Made by a program: the position numbers and the translations under genes. Below, one piece after another: positions 63,302 through 64,000 of a DNA stretch of 64,000 nucleotides (position 1 is its first letter; the number at the start of each line of letters is the position of its first letter). Origin of the DNA: a virus (lineage: Duplodnaviria; Heunggongvirae; Uroviricota; Caudoviricetes). The notes beneath the pieces are model-generated. The model was given only the letters and a program-made list of their open reading frames with translations, searched no databases and had not been told where the DNA came from. The DNA is taken from positions 21,621 to 85,620 of the IMG/VR virus record IMGVR_UViG_3300046692_000144; one strand, written 5' to 3'.

Positions 63302-63924
63302 TGACCACCTGTGGTTTGTGATTTGACGCCGTTACCCCAACCAAGCCATCTTCCCAGAGGACCATGAGCGGAGTTAGCATCAATCGGGCCTCCCGGAGAG
63401 CTACCCGCGAACTTGTTAGCAACACTATCAAGCTTGTTAACGAAGTCCCCGAAAGTGTTCACGGCTTCTTTCATATCCAACGCAGCCATGCTGGCATACT
63501 TGGTATCGAAGTTAATAACCTTCTGGGCAGCCAAGGCGCCTAACTGAAGTTTCTTGGACGCGATGTCACGAGAACCTTCCAAACCATTGTTCAGAGTATC
63601 TGCGCTAATCCCTTCTGCCAGGATTTTCTTATCGTAGACTGCGCTCAGTGGCATGCCAGTAGCCTTTGAACGGAATAGAGTAATCGCATCACTGATCTGA
63701 GACGTCTTCTTGTCCTGTGGCAGATTACTAGACTCAATATCACCGATCTTCTTTTTGACCTCCGATCCGTACTCACCGAATTCCTTGATATCGCCAGCAC
63801 GAGCAGCCCGTTCAAGTTCTTCTGGAGATCTCCCGTTCAGCATTCCTGGGAGATGCACGACTTCGTTCTCAGCAGATTTCTTATAAACTTCCTGCGCCTT
63901 GAACATCAAAGCAGTGTTGTCCAA
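63298..63924 (-). CDS. virion protein (N-terminus may extend beyond the window)
   Basis: ORF. Confidence 0.35.
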   Translation of the reverse strand: MDNTALMFKAQEVYKKSAENEVVHLPGMLNGRSPEELERAARAGDIKEFGEYGSEVKKKIGDIESSNLPQDKKTSQISDAITLFRSKATGMPLSAVYDKKILAEGISADTLNNGLEGSRDIASKKLQLGALAAQKVINFDTKYASMAALDMKEAVNTFGDFVNKLDSVANKFAGSSPGGPIDANSAHGPLGRWLGWGNGVKSQTTGGQ

Positions 63925-64000
63925 ATCTCTACCATATACAGAGCGAAGGGTGGCACGGCTGCTTTCATCACCTTGTCCGGTTGCAACTCTACGAGCGGCT

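Noticed and set aside
1-64000. CRISPR arrays, integrases or transposases
   Set aside because: No regularly spaced direct repeats with unique spacers and no recombinase or transposase motifs were seen. The repeats at 770-1450 are irregular iterons, not a CRISPR array.

Overview
This window reads as part of the genome of a large virulent tailed phage of a Gram-negative host. The host assignment rests on an i-/o-spanin pair, lipoproteins and a PL7 alginate-lyase-like gene. There is no CRISPR array and no obvious mobile element.

Left block (1 to about 43.3 kb, mostly + strand): early and middle genes, largely translationally coupled.
- A family-A DNA polymerase is split into two genes by a 3.6-kb block of 7 unknown genes, and its first part carries an N-terminal UDG-like domain.
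- Two arrays of divergent, tandemly duplicated small genes (8 and 5 members) share an N-terminal helix motif.
- Other recognisable genes are a RuvC-like resolvase, two phosphatases, an XRE-type HTH protein, a macro-domain-like protein, an SspB (ClpXP adaptor) homologue and PhoH.
- There is also a SNF2 helicase, a Prs-like plus NAMPT-like pair (NAD+ reconstitution or salvage), an SPFH/flotillin operon, and a Ro60/Rsr-like TROVE protein followed by RNase HI and a DHH/DHHA1 phosphoesterase.
- RNA genes: tRNA-Leu(TAG), Tyr(GTA), an Asn(GTT)-like tRNA, Met/Ile(CAT), Ser(TGA) and Gly(TCC), plus one aberrant tRNA-like element.
- Immediately upstream of the Ro60 locus is an ORF-free 1.2-kb unit bounded by a promoter-like motif and a terminator. 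It contains three tandem circularly permuted tRNA-like modules (T-arm, acceptor 3' strand, tetraloop, acceptor 5' strand, D-arm). This is the architecture of bacterial Y-RNA (YrlA-type) tRNA mimics.

Right block (43.3 to 64 kb, minus strand): late genes.
- PAAR-like spike tip, baseplate and tail proteins.
- Three paralogous collar-domain tail fibres with variable C-termini, plus a putative fibre chaperone.
- A lysis cassette: holin-like protein, lytic transglycosylase, i-/o-spanins.
- A sigma-70-family factor.

Non-coding features:
- A 700-bp non-coding region (770 to 1450) with about 25 TAGACA(T/A) iterons, a 75-bp imperfect inverted repeat and an AT-rich core. This is a putative origin or operator cluster.
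- Six copies of a GGTATAA[CG]A promoter-like motif.
- Many rho-independent terminators.
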